Shown here: positions 33,691-47,620 of the stretch, one piece after another
Layout: each line of letters opens with the position of its first letter
How positions within the stretch are numbered: position 1 is the stretch's first letter
DNA from: Octopus sinensis
Taxonomy: Eukaryota
Length of the DNA: 64,000 bases
NCBI RefSeq assembly: GCF_006345805.1
Contig: NC_043002.1
Span: forward strand, 92,752,001 to 92,816,000
Direction of reading: 5' to 3'
Made by a program: the position numbers and the translations under genes
The notes under the pieces: generated by a model
The model's database searches: none
What the model saw: the letters and a program-made list of their open reading frames with translations, nothing else
What the model was told of the DNA's origin: nothing

Positions 33691-33864
33691 TTTAAGAGAG
33701 TTCCCGGTTTTTGGAAATATGCGGTTGAGATGGTGTGTAGGTTGAACTGTGGATGCATACACCCATGTGCGTGCATCTGAGCACATAAGAAACTCAGCTG
33801 AAGAATTTTGAGAATGTCTTAAAAATCTTCACTGTGTCACTAATAGATTGTATGTATCTACATC

Positions 33865-33895
<31 letters not shown>

Positions 33896-34511
33896 TGTAT
33901 GTATGTATGTATGTATGTATGTTTGTATGTATGTAAAGGGCGGAGGAACTCTTGAGAGTCAACAGCCCTCCAATAAATGTCTTAGGGCTGTATCATGCGC
34001 GGGGACATAGAAATAATCGGACTGAATACCCGATCGCGCGGTTAAACCATTGGGAGTGAAGGACTCCTAGCCTGTGTTAGGGCATCCTTCTAGGAGAAGG
34101 TAACTCAGGTAACTGGGATAACTCCGACATAAAATCTGCGGCTCAGTGGTTACCGATGATGTTCACTTGTTCTTCTTTTCGGATTATGGCTGATATTGCT
34201 TAGTGAGTGGGATTGACTCAGTGCACAGCCTTTCCTCACTTAAAAAAAAATCTTCTTGCACAGGCATTGCACGATATCAACATTGATTAAGCTTCGTACA
34301 ATGGCCATACTCGATAACGAGGGGGCAGCCACCATGTATGTATGTATGTATGTATGTATGTATGTATGTATGTATGTATGTATGTATGTATGTATTATGT
34401 ATGTATTATGTATGTATGTATGGATAATATTTTCTCTCACCTGTAAAAATGTATATCCTACCAGGCTTATATATATATATATATATCGTTTAGGAACATA
34501 TATATATATTT

Positions 34512-34820
34512 ATGATGGCCGTCCACTCGTGACCGAGGAAGACCATTATTGACCTTCAGGAACATTGTGCGCTCTGTAGCTCCGTTGGTGACTAATGAGC
34601 CCTGCTCTTGACAAACATAAACGACTGCAAACATTGGAAACCAAGCGTTCTCCATTCACTACACCAGCAATGCGCGTTCGAGCAGCACGCTTAAGTTCTT
34701 CGTGCAGAACACGTGCTCTCTCAAAAGTGTCGACCCCCCTCTTTAACCTGCTTCCGCCATCTGTGGCGATGACAGGCATTGCTTTCCCAGTCAGTCTTCT
34801 GCATATCACATGCCTTTAAT
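34512..34820 (-). mobile_element. 3' end of RTE-clade LINE
   Basis: Minus ORF end KRGVDTFERAR...VCSRLCLSRAGLISHQRS (C2H2-like finger), then short tail CCTCGGTCACGAGTGGACGGCCATC. Confidence 0.7.
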
Positions 34821-34978
34821 GAGGACTTGACACAGAACTCTATCATTTAAGCTTAATCACCCCCAGTGGCTAGCCACATTCAGATGGCTAGTACACCTTA
34901 CGTTGTCGAGCGGTTACTGTTTATATCTCGTTCAGAGATTTATTATTGCTTTCAGACAGTTTTTCTAAATCAGTGACA

Positions 34979-35362
34979 GTGGTTGCTGTGAAAAACGTTA
35001 AATATTATTTGCAAGGGGTCTCCTTCATCGAAAACCGGTGCTTACCATGCGTTGACGAGAGGCAATTACCTTGAAACTATAGTCCGTATGTAGTACTCGG
35101 GTCTTCGAGGGTGGATGACCTCCCTTTGCAAGTAACACAAGGACACTGAGATAGTGTCTAAAGTCCTTCTGTGGTTGCTGTGAAAAACGTTAAATATTAT
35201 TTGCAAGGGGTCTCCTTCATCGAAAACCGGTGCTTACCATGCGTTGACGAGAGGCAATTACCTTGAAACTATAGTCCGTATGTAGTACTCGGGTCTTCGA
35301 GGGGGGATGACCTCCCTTTGCAAGTAACACAAGGACACTGAGATAGTGTCTAAAGTCCTTCT
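34979..35362. repeat. 192-bp tandem duplication
   Basis: 34979-35170 is repeated at 35171-35362 almost identically. A ~45-bp direct repeat also occurs at 34861 and ~35412. Confidence 0.9.
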
Positions 35363-36398
35363 GGTGACGTTGATCGCCTGGGGCTAAAAGCATCAGTAAC
35401 ACTCCCCCCCCCCCCAAGTGGCTAGCCACATTCAGATGGCTGATACCCCTTACGTTAAAATATAGTTTGTTTTTAAAAAATAAACAAGTTTCTACTTAAA
35501 TCCAATTTTTTGCCTTACTTATATTTTTATTCATGATATTTTGCCTCACAACTTTTTTGATAAAAACTTTTGGTGCACGGGACCAAAACTATGAAACTTT
35601 TTATGCTTCCTTCAATCATTGAAGCTAAGGTAAATATATCTTACTATTAAAATAAATAAGTTATTTTTGCTTGATGGCGTTACTTACTCTTCTATGACGT
35701 TGCTACAAATTTTGATGTAAACTTTTTTCTACTGGACCAAATCTCAATTTTCTATGCCAAAATGTACCAAGGGACCAACCCTCGCCCAAAATGTTAATAA
35801 TTTTCAATTTGGTTAAGAACTGAATTAACGACAACCTCTGAAAGATGCTGCGTGTGAATAAATTGCGGCCTTCAGAATATTGTTCAACTACAACCTGCAC
35901 AGTTTATGTCTTGGATGGCAACTAATATTATTATTTACTAGTAATATATCTATACATTTATAAATTATTTAGTTAGTTCGTTTGGGAATGTGCCTTGGGA
36001 CTTCGCACGAACAAGCAAGCATGGTGAGGTGAATATCTTTAAATTTTGTTTCTTTCGCAGTCGACTTAAGTGAGGAAGGATAAGTGCCCCTTGGCACAAA
36101 TCCTGAAATTGGTACTAAGTTATCTGGCATTCCTTTTGCGGACTTCATAGAGGTATGAGTTATAATTTTTATTTACCGCCTGCTTTTCACCATTCTTCTT
36201 TTAAATAAGTGAGCTCTGTGGCTTCGGAATTCATGACTCTTATTTCGAGCGAAACTGGTACTTCCCAGTACCATAATTATACACACACACACACACACAT
36301 GTTCCTACATTTGCCTGCACAGTTCATGCTTTGGATGGCCACTTATGTCATTATTTACTAATAATATCTTTCCCACTCACTCACTCACTAACTCTCTT

Positions 36399-36479
<81 letters not shown>

Positions 36480-36511
36480 ATTATATTATATATATATATA
36501 ATATATATATT

Positions 36512-36927
36512 CTTTATTCTTTAATTCTTTTACTCGTTGCAGTAATTTGACTGCGGCCATGCTGGATTACCGCCTCAAAGGGTTTTCTTAGTCGAACAAA
36601 TCGACCCCCAGACTTATTATTTGTAAACCTAGTACTTATTCTATTCGTTCTCTTTTGCCTAACCGCTAGGTTACAGGGACGTAAACATACCAGCATCGGT
36701 TGTCAAGCGATGGTAGGGGGACAAACACAGATACAACGACACATAAATATATACATATATATATATATACGACGGGCTTCTTTCAGTTTCCGTCTACCAA
36801 ATCCACTAACAAGGCTTTGGCTGCCCCGAGGCTATAGTAGAATATACCTGCCAAAGGTGTTACGCAGTGGGATTGAATCCAGACCAATGTGGTTGGAAAG
36901 CAAGATTCTTACAACACAACCACGCCT
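36512..36927 (-). mobile_element. SINE family C
   Basis: Reverse complement of 7957-8340. Confidence 0.8.
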
Positions 36928-36941
36928 AAGTCTGGCGGGAT

Positions 36942-36983
<42 letters not shown>

Positions 36984-36991
36984 TACATATA

Positions 36992-37083
<92 letters not shown>

Positions 37084-37495
37084 ATATATTATATATATAT
37101 TCACACCTCTACCTCGTCTACATTATTGACAGCATAAAGTGAAGGACTGCGAAACTAATTTAATTAGCATCTCAAGATATGCGATATTCACTCCAGACAC
37201 GGTTATCGCACATATTAAAGAAATATGTACGACAACGAAATATTATTAAACTATAATTATTGTTGTGTTGTGGGTTTAGTGTTTTTTGATATCATAGCAC
37301 GTTATCACATCCAAGAAACATATATTAAATTATCAAAAATAATCGATGGTATTGTTTCTATATAAACATCTCACATTTGATATATCGTACATGTCGACAT
37401 ATTTGTCAGCGGTGTCTTTGTGTAAAATAAAGAAATCGGTGTGGGGGAGGGTGCAATGGCGTGTATAATTGATTGCATCGATCTCCTCAGTATAC

Positions 37496-37496
<1 letters not shown>

Positions 37497-37536
<40 letters not shown>

Positions 37537-37593
37537 ACAGCAGTGGTAGCAGAACTACTATCAGTACAAGCAGCATCAACAACAGCAGCAGCG

Positions 37594-37649
<56 letters not shown>

Positions 37650-37653
37650 GGTG

Positions 37654-37710
<57 letters not shown>

Positions 37711-37767
37711 ACAGCAGTAGTAGCAGAACTACTATCAGTACAAGCAGCATCAATAACAGCAGCAGCG

Positions 37768-37829
<62 letters not shown>

Positions 37830-37840
37830 GGTGGTGGTGG
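37497..37840. repeat. (GTA)n/(GTG)n trinucleotide array with an internal duplicated ~60-bp spacer
   Basis: ACAGCAGT(G/A)GTAGCAGAACTACTATCAGTACAAGCAGCATCAA occurs twice. Confidence 0.9.
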
Positions 37841-38563
37841 GTTTTATAGAGAGCCGGTGCAAGAGACATGTAGGCAGGAAAGATGATTGCGCAAGATTTG
37901 TATGTCGTTTTTTTATCATTTTTTTTGTTGTTGTCGCTTTATTTTCATGGGTTAATCAGATGAAGGGCAGCTGCACGCATCCACCCCTATGTAATTGGTG
38001 TGATGGAGTTATACTCAAAGTTGTTCGTGGTGGTGGTGGTGGTGGATGCTGACCTGCATGATGCGTGCAACAGAGTAATCACAAGAAATTTCTGATCAAA
38101 TTTTTATGATCGGTCAACGAATACATTTTCCGTCGTTATGAGGAACATAACGAGGACGCAAAAGGTTGCCTTCAAGTACACCCGTTAATTACCAGGAACA
38201 TTTCTGGTAGATCTCCATTGATTGCTACAATTTGACTTGAACTTTTCAGTATATGAGAAATTCAAATGGCATAAATACATACATACATACATACATACAT
38301 ACATACATACATACATACATACATACATACATACATACGTAGACACACACGCACAAATAAATATATATATATATATATATTTATATATTTACATGTATGT
38401 ACGCAAATGTGTATGCATGTATGTATGTATGTATGTATGTATGTATGTATGTATGTATGTATGTATGTATGTATGTATGTATGTGTGTGTATGTGTGCGT
38501 GTGTGTTCAGGTACACATTTTCTATATCCTTAGTGTGTTAGTACTTGTAGAATCTTTCATCAA

Positions 38564-38597
<34 letters not shown>

Positions 38598-39621
38598 TAG
38601 TTTTAGAGACAGAAACACCCTCAACTCAATCAACATTGAAAGGTATTATGCCCGCCCGAACCATAATCTATCAAATATGATACTTACTATATCTGTTCAG
38701 AATCCCATACTTTCCATTTTAAAGACAACACGTGTTTCATGACAGTATGTCGGCATTGTTGAGATATAAGGTCTCTAGTTTCAATACTCAATTAGATCGA
38801 CGTACTCCCAATCTTCAGGTCTGGATTCTACACATTATTTACTCTATCTATATCCTATATAACTCTATGATAATTGAAATTATTTAACAACAAATCGTTA
38901 ACATATTTTTATTTTTATTCATTGATTTGTAAAGTAAAATTATGTTAACGACTTGTAGTCAAATAATTTCAAATGACTGAAACCAGTAAAAGAATATATA
39001 TATATATTATATATATATATGATACATAGTCCTCTGATAGATTCGATTGGTAGCGCATCGTGTAGATTTCTTTTCAGTAATAGTCATGGTTCCGGCTCTC
39101 TACTCTAAGAGTTCATCTCGCGCACAGGATAATTTTGCCTTTGCTTGCATTCCTTGCTCCATAAATAAACTATCAGTTCTGTATAGAGATTCGATCCTTC
39201 CTTTTACTCATACTATTCATTTCTCTTTCTGAAAGAAATGGACTTTGGTCAGACCTGGAGAGAGATGGACTCCGACACGTCAAGAAACTGCACATGACAT
39301 GACTTATGTGATGACGACAACTCTATGATTCCAAAAAAAAAAAAAAATCATGGCATCAAATAATGTAGTCATATATATTCCTGAATTCCCATGTTTTTTC
39401 ATGTTTAATCCAAAAGGGAGACGAACAATTGTAAAGGAACTTTCCTTTCTTGACATGAAACTAATGGTAGCCTTAATACATAAATAAACAATCTTTATCC
39501 ACCAATGTGATGTTGAGCTCTCATTCTCATTCTTCGACATTTACGCGCGCGTGCGTGTCTGTGTGTCTGTGTCTGTATGTGCGTGTCTGCGCGTGCATGT
39601 GTGTGTATGTGAGGGCGTACG

Positions 39622-39850
39622 TGGGGGCACGCGACTTGGTGGTTAAGATGTTGGACTCATGATCGTAAGATAGTGGTTTCGATTCCTAGACCAGGCGACG
39701 TGTTGTGCTGTCAAGCAAAACACTTCGTTTTATGTTGCTCCAGTCTACTCAGCTGGCAAAAATGAGTAATCCTGGGGCGGACTGGTCCAAGTGGAGAATA
39801 TCTACGCCACAGAAACCGAGAAACCGGCCCTATGAGTCTATATGACAGGA
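39622..39850 (+). mobile_element. Diverged tRNA-derived SINE
   Basis: Head GACTTGGTGGTTAAG..GGTTTCGATTCC; core CCAGTCTACTCAGCTGGCAAAAATGAGTA. Confidence 0.6.
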
Positions 39851-40127
39851 GAATTATATATATTTTCTTTTTTGGAACAGTGTCTCGAGGCACATAAAGC
39901 TATAAATAATAGCGTTTATATTGCTTTGGTCTCATGGCAGAATACCTGTCATGTTTACAGGGAGTGTGGGTTCGAGTTCTAGGAGTAGACTCCGACTTTT
40001 TCTAGCCGAGAGTTTTTAACCCAATATTTATACGCTGATATTTCTAGCTTTAGGCGCTTCGAGATCCACAATTCCCAAAACAGAATTACTACATGTTCTC
40101 TCGAACTTCATAGTTCTTATGACGTCA

Positions 40128-40172
<45 letters not shown>

Positions 40173-40357
40173 TGTGTGTATGTGTGTGTGTATTTGTGTG
40201 TGCGTGTGTGTATATGAGTGTGTACGCGTGTACATGTGTACATACATATAGATGTTCAGTATCGGTTTATCTAAGCGCACACGAGCACCACATACACACA
40301 TACTCATACACACACACATTTATATATATGTACATATATATATATATATATATATAT

Positions 40358-40402
<45 letters not shown>

Positions 40403-40636
40403 ATATACATGCATACATACATATATACGTGCATATATACATACATATTACTTTTATGTATGTGTACCTTTACATACATATATACACATACTTATACACA
40501 CACACACGCATATATATATATGTACATATATATATATACATACACATGCATACATACATACATACATGTATATATACATACATATTACTTTTATGTATGT
40601 ATGTGTACCTTTACATATTTAAGACATCCATATACA

Positions 40637-40677
<41 letters not shown>

Positions 40678-40756
40678 CACATATATATATGTATATATAA
40701 TATATATATATATAATATATATATATGTATATATATATAGACACACACACACACTC

Positions 40757-40787
<31 letters not shown>

Positions 40788-41209
40788 ATATATATATACA
40801 CACACATACACAGACATGCATATTCACAAATACGATCACACCATACACACACACGCACGCACGCACAGTGCATGAATAATCGGTCCATAATAAATATTCC
40901 TTAGATTAATGAACTAAGCTATAAAGTTGATCTGTCTACCTTGTTCCTGTGGTGAAAAATGTCACATGAAACGATGAATGATGATTCTGAAAGTAAAGTT
41001 GTAAGCATATCAAAATCTTACTCTTTTACTCTCTCTCCTTTTGCTCTTCAGTCTTACGTGTATTTATATTTATTTCCATCCTGTTGCTATTCTTACCCGG
41101 TTTTATTGTAAAAAGAAGTTCGAATCACAAATCTTTCAGATAATGGTTTCCATTTTTGATACAGGGTAAGCTATTTCAGGGAAGTCTCGGCTTGCATCAA
41201 GACTATAAA

Positions 41210-41605
41210 TACTGGCACACAACCAGCAATTTGGAGTTAAGGAGTAAGTCGAATACATCGACCCAGTAATCAACTGGTACTTATTTTATCGATTCCAAAA
41301 GGTTGAGAGGCAAAGTCAACCTCGGCGGAAAGACTGGTAAAATAGTTATTTCTTTACTACCCACAAGGGGCCACAGAGGGGACAAGCAAGGACAGACAAA
41401 CGGATTAAGTCGATTATATCGACCCCAGTGCGTAACTGGTACTTATTTAATCGACCCCGAAAGGATGAAAGTCAAAGTCGACCTCGGTGGAATTTAAACT
41501 CAGAGCGTAACAGCAGACGAAATACTGTTACGCTCGCCGCCTTCTGGTGAAATATTGTTAAGCTTTCTGTCCGATGTGCTATTGATTCTGCCGGCTCCCT
41601 GCCTT
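41210..41605 (-). mobile_element. Nested SINE A: younger copy (41347-41543) inserted into the head of an older copy
   Basis: 13-bp TSD CTGGTAAAATAGT (41334-41346) / CTGGTGAAATATT (41544-41556). Older head at 41557-41605 and older core at 41210-41333. Confidence 0.8.
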
Positions 41606-41870
41606 ACTAAGACCTATAAATATTGGTTTAAAATTTGGACACAAGGCTTGTAAGTCCGGGGTTTGGGGGGAGGGAATTGATTGCATCGACCCCAGTGATC
41701 AACTGGTACTAATTTTATCGATCCCAAAAGGATGAAAGGCCCAGTTGACCACGGCAGAATTTGAACTCAGAACTCAAAGGCGGACGAAATGCTGCTTAAC
41801 CTCTTGCCTGGCGTGCAAGCCTTTCAGATAATATCATGTATTATTGATCCAATCCACTGATTATATGTAT

Positions 41871-42200
41871 AGGCGTGGCTGTGTGGTAAGAAGCTTGCTT
41901 CCCAACCGGATGGTTCCGGGTTCAGTCTCATTGCGTGGCACTTTGGCCTCAGGCTGATCAAAGCCTTGGGAAATGAAAGAATCCCGTCGTGCATATGAGT
42001 GCGCGAACGCGTGTGTCTTTCTGTCTTTGTATCAGTGTTTGTCCCTCACCGCTGCTTGACAACCGGTGTTGGTGTGTTTACGTAATTTAGCGGCTTGGCA
42101 AAAAAAAATATCGATAGTATATCATGCATGAAAAATATAAGTACTGCGGTCGATTGATTCCACTTAAAATTCTTCAAGGCGGTGCCCCAGCATGGCCTTT
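41871..42200 (+). mobile_element. SINE family C (diverged)
   Basis: GGCGTGGCTGTGTGGTAAG head and GGTGCCCCAGCATGGCC end. Confidence 0.75.
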
Positions 42201-42534
42201 GTATAAGGACTGAGATCAGAATTGGGTAACTGCCCAATGTGCTCATGCCTCAAGACGGAACTATGTGGAAGGTGTTATTGATGTGCTTGTTAATGTATAT
42301 CAAAAGAACGTTGGGGTGAGAAAATATTCTTTCAGCAAAGTGGGATGGTTTTAACTTGTATTCGAAAATGAAGGAAAACTACTTGAAATCTGTAACGAGA
42401 AGATATGTCAAAGAGCGTGGTAAAAAAAAAACAACAAAAAAAACACAGTAATAGTAAATGCCCAGAACATGGTAAGAAGTATATTATTTACATTATTTAC
42501 ATTTGACGGATATTTGTCCTCATCTTGCTTGTTG

Positions 42535-42577
42535 TTAACACAACGTTTCGGCTGATATAACCTCCAGCCTTCATCAG
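42535..42577 (-). ncRNA. Minimal hammerhead ribozyme remnant in an inverted Penelope pLTR
   Basis: CTGATGA-A-GGCTG[GAGGTTATAT]CAGCC-GAAAC-GTT. The 5' strand of stem I is lost at the junction with the RT. Confidence 0.7.
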
Positions 42578-43800
42578 CTTCCATCATAATACTTCCAGCA
42601 GACAAGGGAAATGCTACGGTGGTGATGAACAAGTCTGACTACACTGAAAAATTGGCAAGTCCTATAAGTGATGGTAGCTGCATCAATGAAAAGAAAGACC
42701 TAACTCTGAAAACAGAGAGGGAGTTGCCACAGATCTTGATCAAAAACAAGGATCACTTTACACCAATGAAGTACAAACAACTGACTCAACACTACAGTAA
42801 ACTACCACACTTGTACGATCTCCCTAAGATTCACAAGGATAGTATTCCATTATGACCTATAGTGAGTTGTAAACGTTCAGCATGTTATCCACTGAGCCGC
42901 TTTCTTGTGGATATAATCAGTCCATTAGCAGGAAAGTCAACATCATGCGTGAAGAATTCCACCCACTTTGCAGAATTGATCAAGGATACTCCCATTGAAT
43001 CCAACCAGATGGTGAGTCAGTATGGACACTGATATATATCGACAAGAAGAGGGTTTATCTATGGGTTCGCCATTTTCACCGATAATAGCCAATATATACG
43101 TGGAATACTTTGAGAATTTGGCTTTAGGATCAACACCACTAAAACCAACCCGATAGCTGCAATATGTTAATGACACCTTTATACTCTGGCCTCACCAGGA
43201 AGATGTCCAAGTGCTGTTAGACCATGTGAACTCAATAAAGCCATCCATACAGTTCACAATGGAAAAGGAAAAAGACAATCATTCCTGGAAGTATTAATAA
43301 AACGCACCAAGTATGGTTTCAGGACATCCGTATACCGCAAGCCGACCTTCACTGGACGATACCTCAACTTCAATTCCCACCATCCACACAGTGTAAAGAG
43401 AGGGATTGCTCAGTGCCTAAAACATCGAGCAAAGAATATAAGTAGTGATCGTGATACACACCACGAAGAAATGATCAAGCACAATAACAATCTATTAAGC
43501 AACAACTACCCCCAAAACATACTATCCACTCCAATTATGAAGAAAAGAGAAGATAAAATCAATAAACTGTCCACAGTCTGTCTACCCTATGTGAAAGGCC
43601 TCTCCAAAAAGATACAAAAGACATGCAACACCACTGGAAAATACGAAAACTAAAAGAAGCAGCACATATGCTAGGACACAACAACCTCCTAAGCAGACCG
43701 AGTGCAGATATGAGTTGCATATGGGAGCCGGTATTAAGGGAGGATAGGAAAATATTAGATTTATAAGCCCTAAAATTCACTCCATAATTGCCCACGGGCA
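42578..43800 (+). mobile_element. Penelope-like element (Penelope/Poseidon type), RT pseudogene
   Basis: ILPADKGNATVVMNKSDY, LYDLPKIHK, YRQEEGLSMGSPFSPIIANIYVEYFE, YVNDTF, VYRKPTFTGRYLNFNSHHP, CLPYVKGLS. Stops and deletions. Confidence 0.88.
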
Positions 43801-43989
43801 TTTGGCGTAGTTGTTAAGAGCGCGGGCTAGTAACCCCAAAATTGCAGAAATTTTGAGACATTTTTAAGAAAGACATTATTGTAATTTTAGTATACCATTT
43901 AATATCATTTAATAAGCTGACCTGCCAACTTTCGTTTTTCCTTATTGATGGAGACAGCCTTAACAACACTTTGAACACACCCTGCTAAA

Positions 43990-44655
43990 CATTGTTTGTC
44001 ACGGTTGATTAGCTTCCAGAATGCAGTCGGGACGTGAAAAAATTTGGAAACTCACCATGCAATAAAATTTTGTGTTAAAATGGGCAAAAATGCTACAGAA
44101 ACGTATGAAAAATTCCAGCCTTCTTATGGATTAACTTGTATGAGCTGAGCATTTGCTTTTCGCTGGTACAAGAGGCCCAGTCAAAATAAGTCCACCAGGA
44201 AGCTCATGATGATTTCATTTTTCGACAAGAGCATCGCTTATATCCACTGGACTCCCTCTGGCCAGACCATGAACGAAGAGTAGTTTGAGGAGGTTTTGAG
44301 GGCTTTTAGGAAGAGATTTCGTCGCAAAGGCCCAGAGAACTTCCACTCAGGTTGATGGCACCTGCATCAGAACAATGCACCTCCATAATTCCATCCTGGT
44401 ATCATCCACTTGACAGAGATGGCCGTTAAAACTGTCCATCACTCTCCCAACAATCCAGGCCTTGCTCCCATAGACTTCTTGTTGTTCCCTAGGCTTGGGG
44501 AGAAGAAGAAGAAGAAGAAGGAGGACTACCAAGGGGCCTTCACTAAGTGGTTGGGGCGCTACAACAAGTGCATTGAAGTTAGAGGGTCCTACTTTGAAGG
44601 AGATTAGGGTCTTGTACTTCTTTGAAATTAATAAATGTCTCTCCTGAAAAATCTG
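43990..44655 (+). mobile_element. Deleted mariner transposase remnant
   Basis: IKFCVKMGKNATETYE, WHLHQNNAP, HSPNNPGLAPIDF, KCIEVRGSYFEGD*. Confidence 0.8.
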
Positions 44656-44699
44656 TCCATCAATCCAATCATTTAGTCAACCAGTTAGTTAGCCAACCA

Positions 44700-44950
44700 G
44701 TCAAAGTGAAGGTGCCCAGCACCCTTCACGTAGCTTCCTTCATCTTCTCCTCTAGCCTGGAGAACAACTAATAGTCTCTGGGAGCAAAGTCTGGACTGTA
44801 GGGATGTTGATACATAGTTTTGATGCTCATCTCTGTGAAGTAGATGGTAACCAGGGTAAAATTGTGGATGAGTGCATTGTCCTGGTGCAGGTGCCACCGA
44901 TCTGAGTGAAAAAGCTCTGGCGCTTTAACGACAGAAAATTTTCTCCGAGG
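44700..44950 (-). mobile_element. Mariner transposase fragment, inverted relative to 43990-44655
   Basis: WHLHQDNA, HPYSPDFAPRDY. Confidence 0.75.
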
Positions 44951-46051
44951 TAAAACAGTGAACGCTTTCTTACGGGTTCGAATATGCTCCAATCATATTT
45001 GAACTGGAAAAAACTTTGTATTTAACACATCACTGCTTAGCCCTGTCACTCAGTAATTTGTTGGTGGTGAGCTGTCGATTAACATTACCAGTCATTGTAT
45101 GATGATGGGAATATCATAAGAGAGACAATCTCCCGCATCAGCTTGCAGTGCACTCTGCCTGGTTTCTTTGGCTGAAGAGGAGATAACCACTCTATGCTTG
45201 CATCTCACAGTCTGGATAGATAGATAGATGGTGCTGCGAGCTAATTTTGGTGTGTTTACACCATTTGTCTACAGAGAGGAAGTTTCACCATGACAAAACA
45301 CAGTGAATGGCTTTCTTACGGGTTCGAACATGCCCCAAGCATAGTTGAACTGGAAATAACCTTGTATTTATTCGTATAATCTTACATGCATGCGCGCGCG
45401 TGTGTGTTCGTGTGTGTGAATATACGGGAAAGAACGTAAGGCTGGCTTGCTGGCTGGCTGACTGGCTGGTTGGCTGGTTGGCTGGTTGGCTGGTTGGCTG
45501 GCTGGTTGGCTGGTTGGCTGGTTGGCAGGCTGGCTGGCTGACTGGCTGGTTGGCTGGCTAACTGACTGGCTGGCTTACTGAATAAATGGATGGATATACG
45601 GATTTATAGAAGGAAGAATAAATGCACAGATTGTAAATACAAGTATATTTGCATCTTCTGAAGATTCCAACTATAATTTGTTTAATCAAAATTATTTCAG
45701 AAGAGCAATAAATAAATAAATAATACTGAAAACCCACACATTCTTTTCTTTCAACCCAAAGTAATCCTTTTTATGTTTTGGGCTTTTTTTTTTTTTTTTA
45801 CATAAAATACCACAAGAATTCATCTAGTCTAAGTTATATTTTGATAAATTAAATCGCCCACGCCCTCCCTTCTTTCAACAATTTCTTCAACAATCTCGCC
45901 ATTTCATCAAGATAAGATAATATGTTCGTTCATTCCCCAGAAACTTCGATAGAAAAAAGAACGGATTTTAATCTTTGCAACTGTTTATAAGAAAACATAT
46001 TATGTATAGTGTGCACATGCAGCTGCTTCCGTTGCTTCTGTTGTTGGTGTT

Positions 46052-46082
<31 letters not shown>

Positions 46083-46088
46083 TTGTTG

Positions 46089-46119
<31 letters not shown>

Positions 46120-46162
46120 GATGATGATGATGACGACGACGATGATGACGATGATGATGACA

Positions 46163-47105
46163 ACCCTATTAGGCATGTTAATGATTAGATGACGAATATT
46201 CTCTTGAGGAATTTCTGGCCAAGTTTCATGCAGTGATTTCAAAAAGATGTTGCTTTGAAGATACGTTCTTGTTCTTTTTAGGAAGTGTCCTGTCAATTAT
46301 GCCTCAAAAGTGATCAATAGGGTTCATATCTGGTGACTGACTTGGCCATAGAAGCTTGTTAATGCCATTCTCAACCAAAAAAAAACTTGGGTCATTTTAG
46401 CCGTGTGACGAGGAGCCACATCTTCCATAAATAAAGAGTCTTCATTAATTATTCCACCACTGGAGAAGATTAGGAGTCTTTTCTGCAATATGGACATATA
46501 CTTATCTGAGCTTAAATTTTCCCTCACATTCTACCAGTTCTGATTGACCTTTGCTCTAAATTGCTCCCCAGACCATCACAGAATAGCTGCCATGTTTCAT
46601 TGTTGACAGCAATCTTTTCACGTCAAATTCAGTCTCCAGAACCACACTCAACCACTAGACACATTGGTGAATATGAGTATCCCAAAATGCTAGTGGCCTC
46701 TCCACCATCTCACCGGCCCAATCTTTTCTCCGTTTGATATTGGCTGGTCAAAGAAATGGTTTCCTTCCTACTGCTCTACCATAGTAACCGAGTTTGAAGA
46801 GATACCTGGCAGCTGTTCTGGTACTGTCATCAACGTGTTCTGCTACGTCAGAGGCCTTGCAACAAAGATTATACTCCATACTTCTCTTAACAAAGAGAAA
46901 AGCCTTGTCAGAGAGCTCTTGTCAACCAGAGCGAGGTGATGTGGACTCTTTCCTCTCTCTGGTGGATTGCACAATCACTCTATTAACTGTAGAAAGCGAG
47001 ATCCCAAGATTTTCTGCGATTTTCCCATATGCCCACCTTCAGATGGACTCGTAATATGACCTCTTTGAAAATCAGAGAGTTCCAAGGCTTCTTTCATACA
47101 TGGCA
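46163..47105 (-). pseudogene. Tc1-like DD34E transposase pseudogene
   Basis: MKKALELSDFQRG, MKHGSYSVMVWGA, FMEDVAPRHTAK, WPSQSPDMNPIDH, LIINMPNRV. Frameshifts. Confidence 0.85.
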
Positions 47106-47397
47106 TGGTTAAACAGTCATATACAGAACCTCAAACATAAAAATGTCAATTAATAAAAAATATACACCCTTAACAAGTTAGAATAAGCATAACACGATGT
47201 TTTATGTGGTGTCTATTTACTTCTGTTGTGTGTGTGTGTGTGTATGTGTGTGTGTTTGTGTGTGTGCGTGAAAGACAGACAGAGAGAGTGTGTGTGTCTG
47301 TGAGTGTAGTTGAAAGTTATAGAAAAACAAAAGACAAAGACAGGTGTATAAACAACAAGCATGAGTATTAGTTTGATGCTCAGGAAAGTGAGGAAGT

Positions 47398-47433
47398 CTT
47401 TTACGTTTCGAGCCTACGCTCTTCAACAGAAAG
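47398..47433 (-). ncRNA. Minimal type I hammerhead ribozyme (variant core CUGUUGA)
   Basis: CTTT-CTGTTGA-A-GAGC[GTAG]GCTC-GAAAC-GTA-AAAG. Confidence 0.65.
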
Positions 47434-47548
47434 GAATAAGAGAAAATAAACAGAGAGACAATAAAAACACTTGTGGATTTAGCGGCGAATATATAAATAT
47501 ATACTACTGTGGATTTAACGATATATATATATCTCCATCCATCCATCC

Positions 47549-47620
<72 letters not shown>

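Noticed and set aside
37371-38052. Poly-Thr/Val/Ser ORFs (also 62868-63558 poly-Asp/Met)
   Set aside because: Trinucleotide repeats without supporting gene structure.
39920-39992. tRNA-like segment with A and B boxes
   Set aside because: A convincing cloverleaf cannot be formed; likely a decayed tRNA or SINE head.
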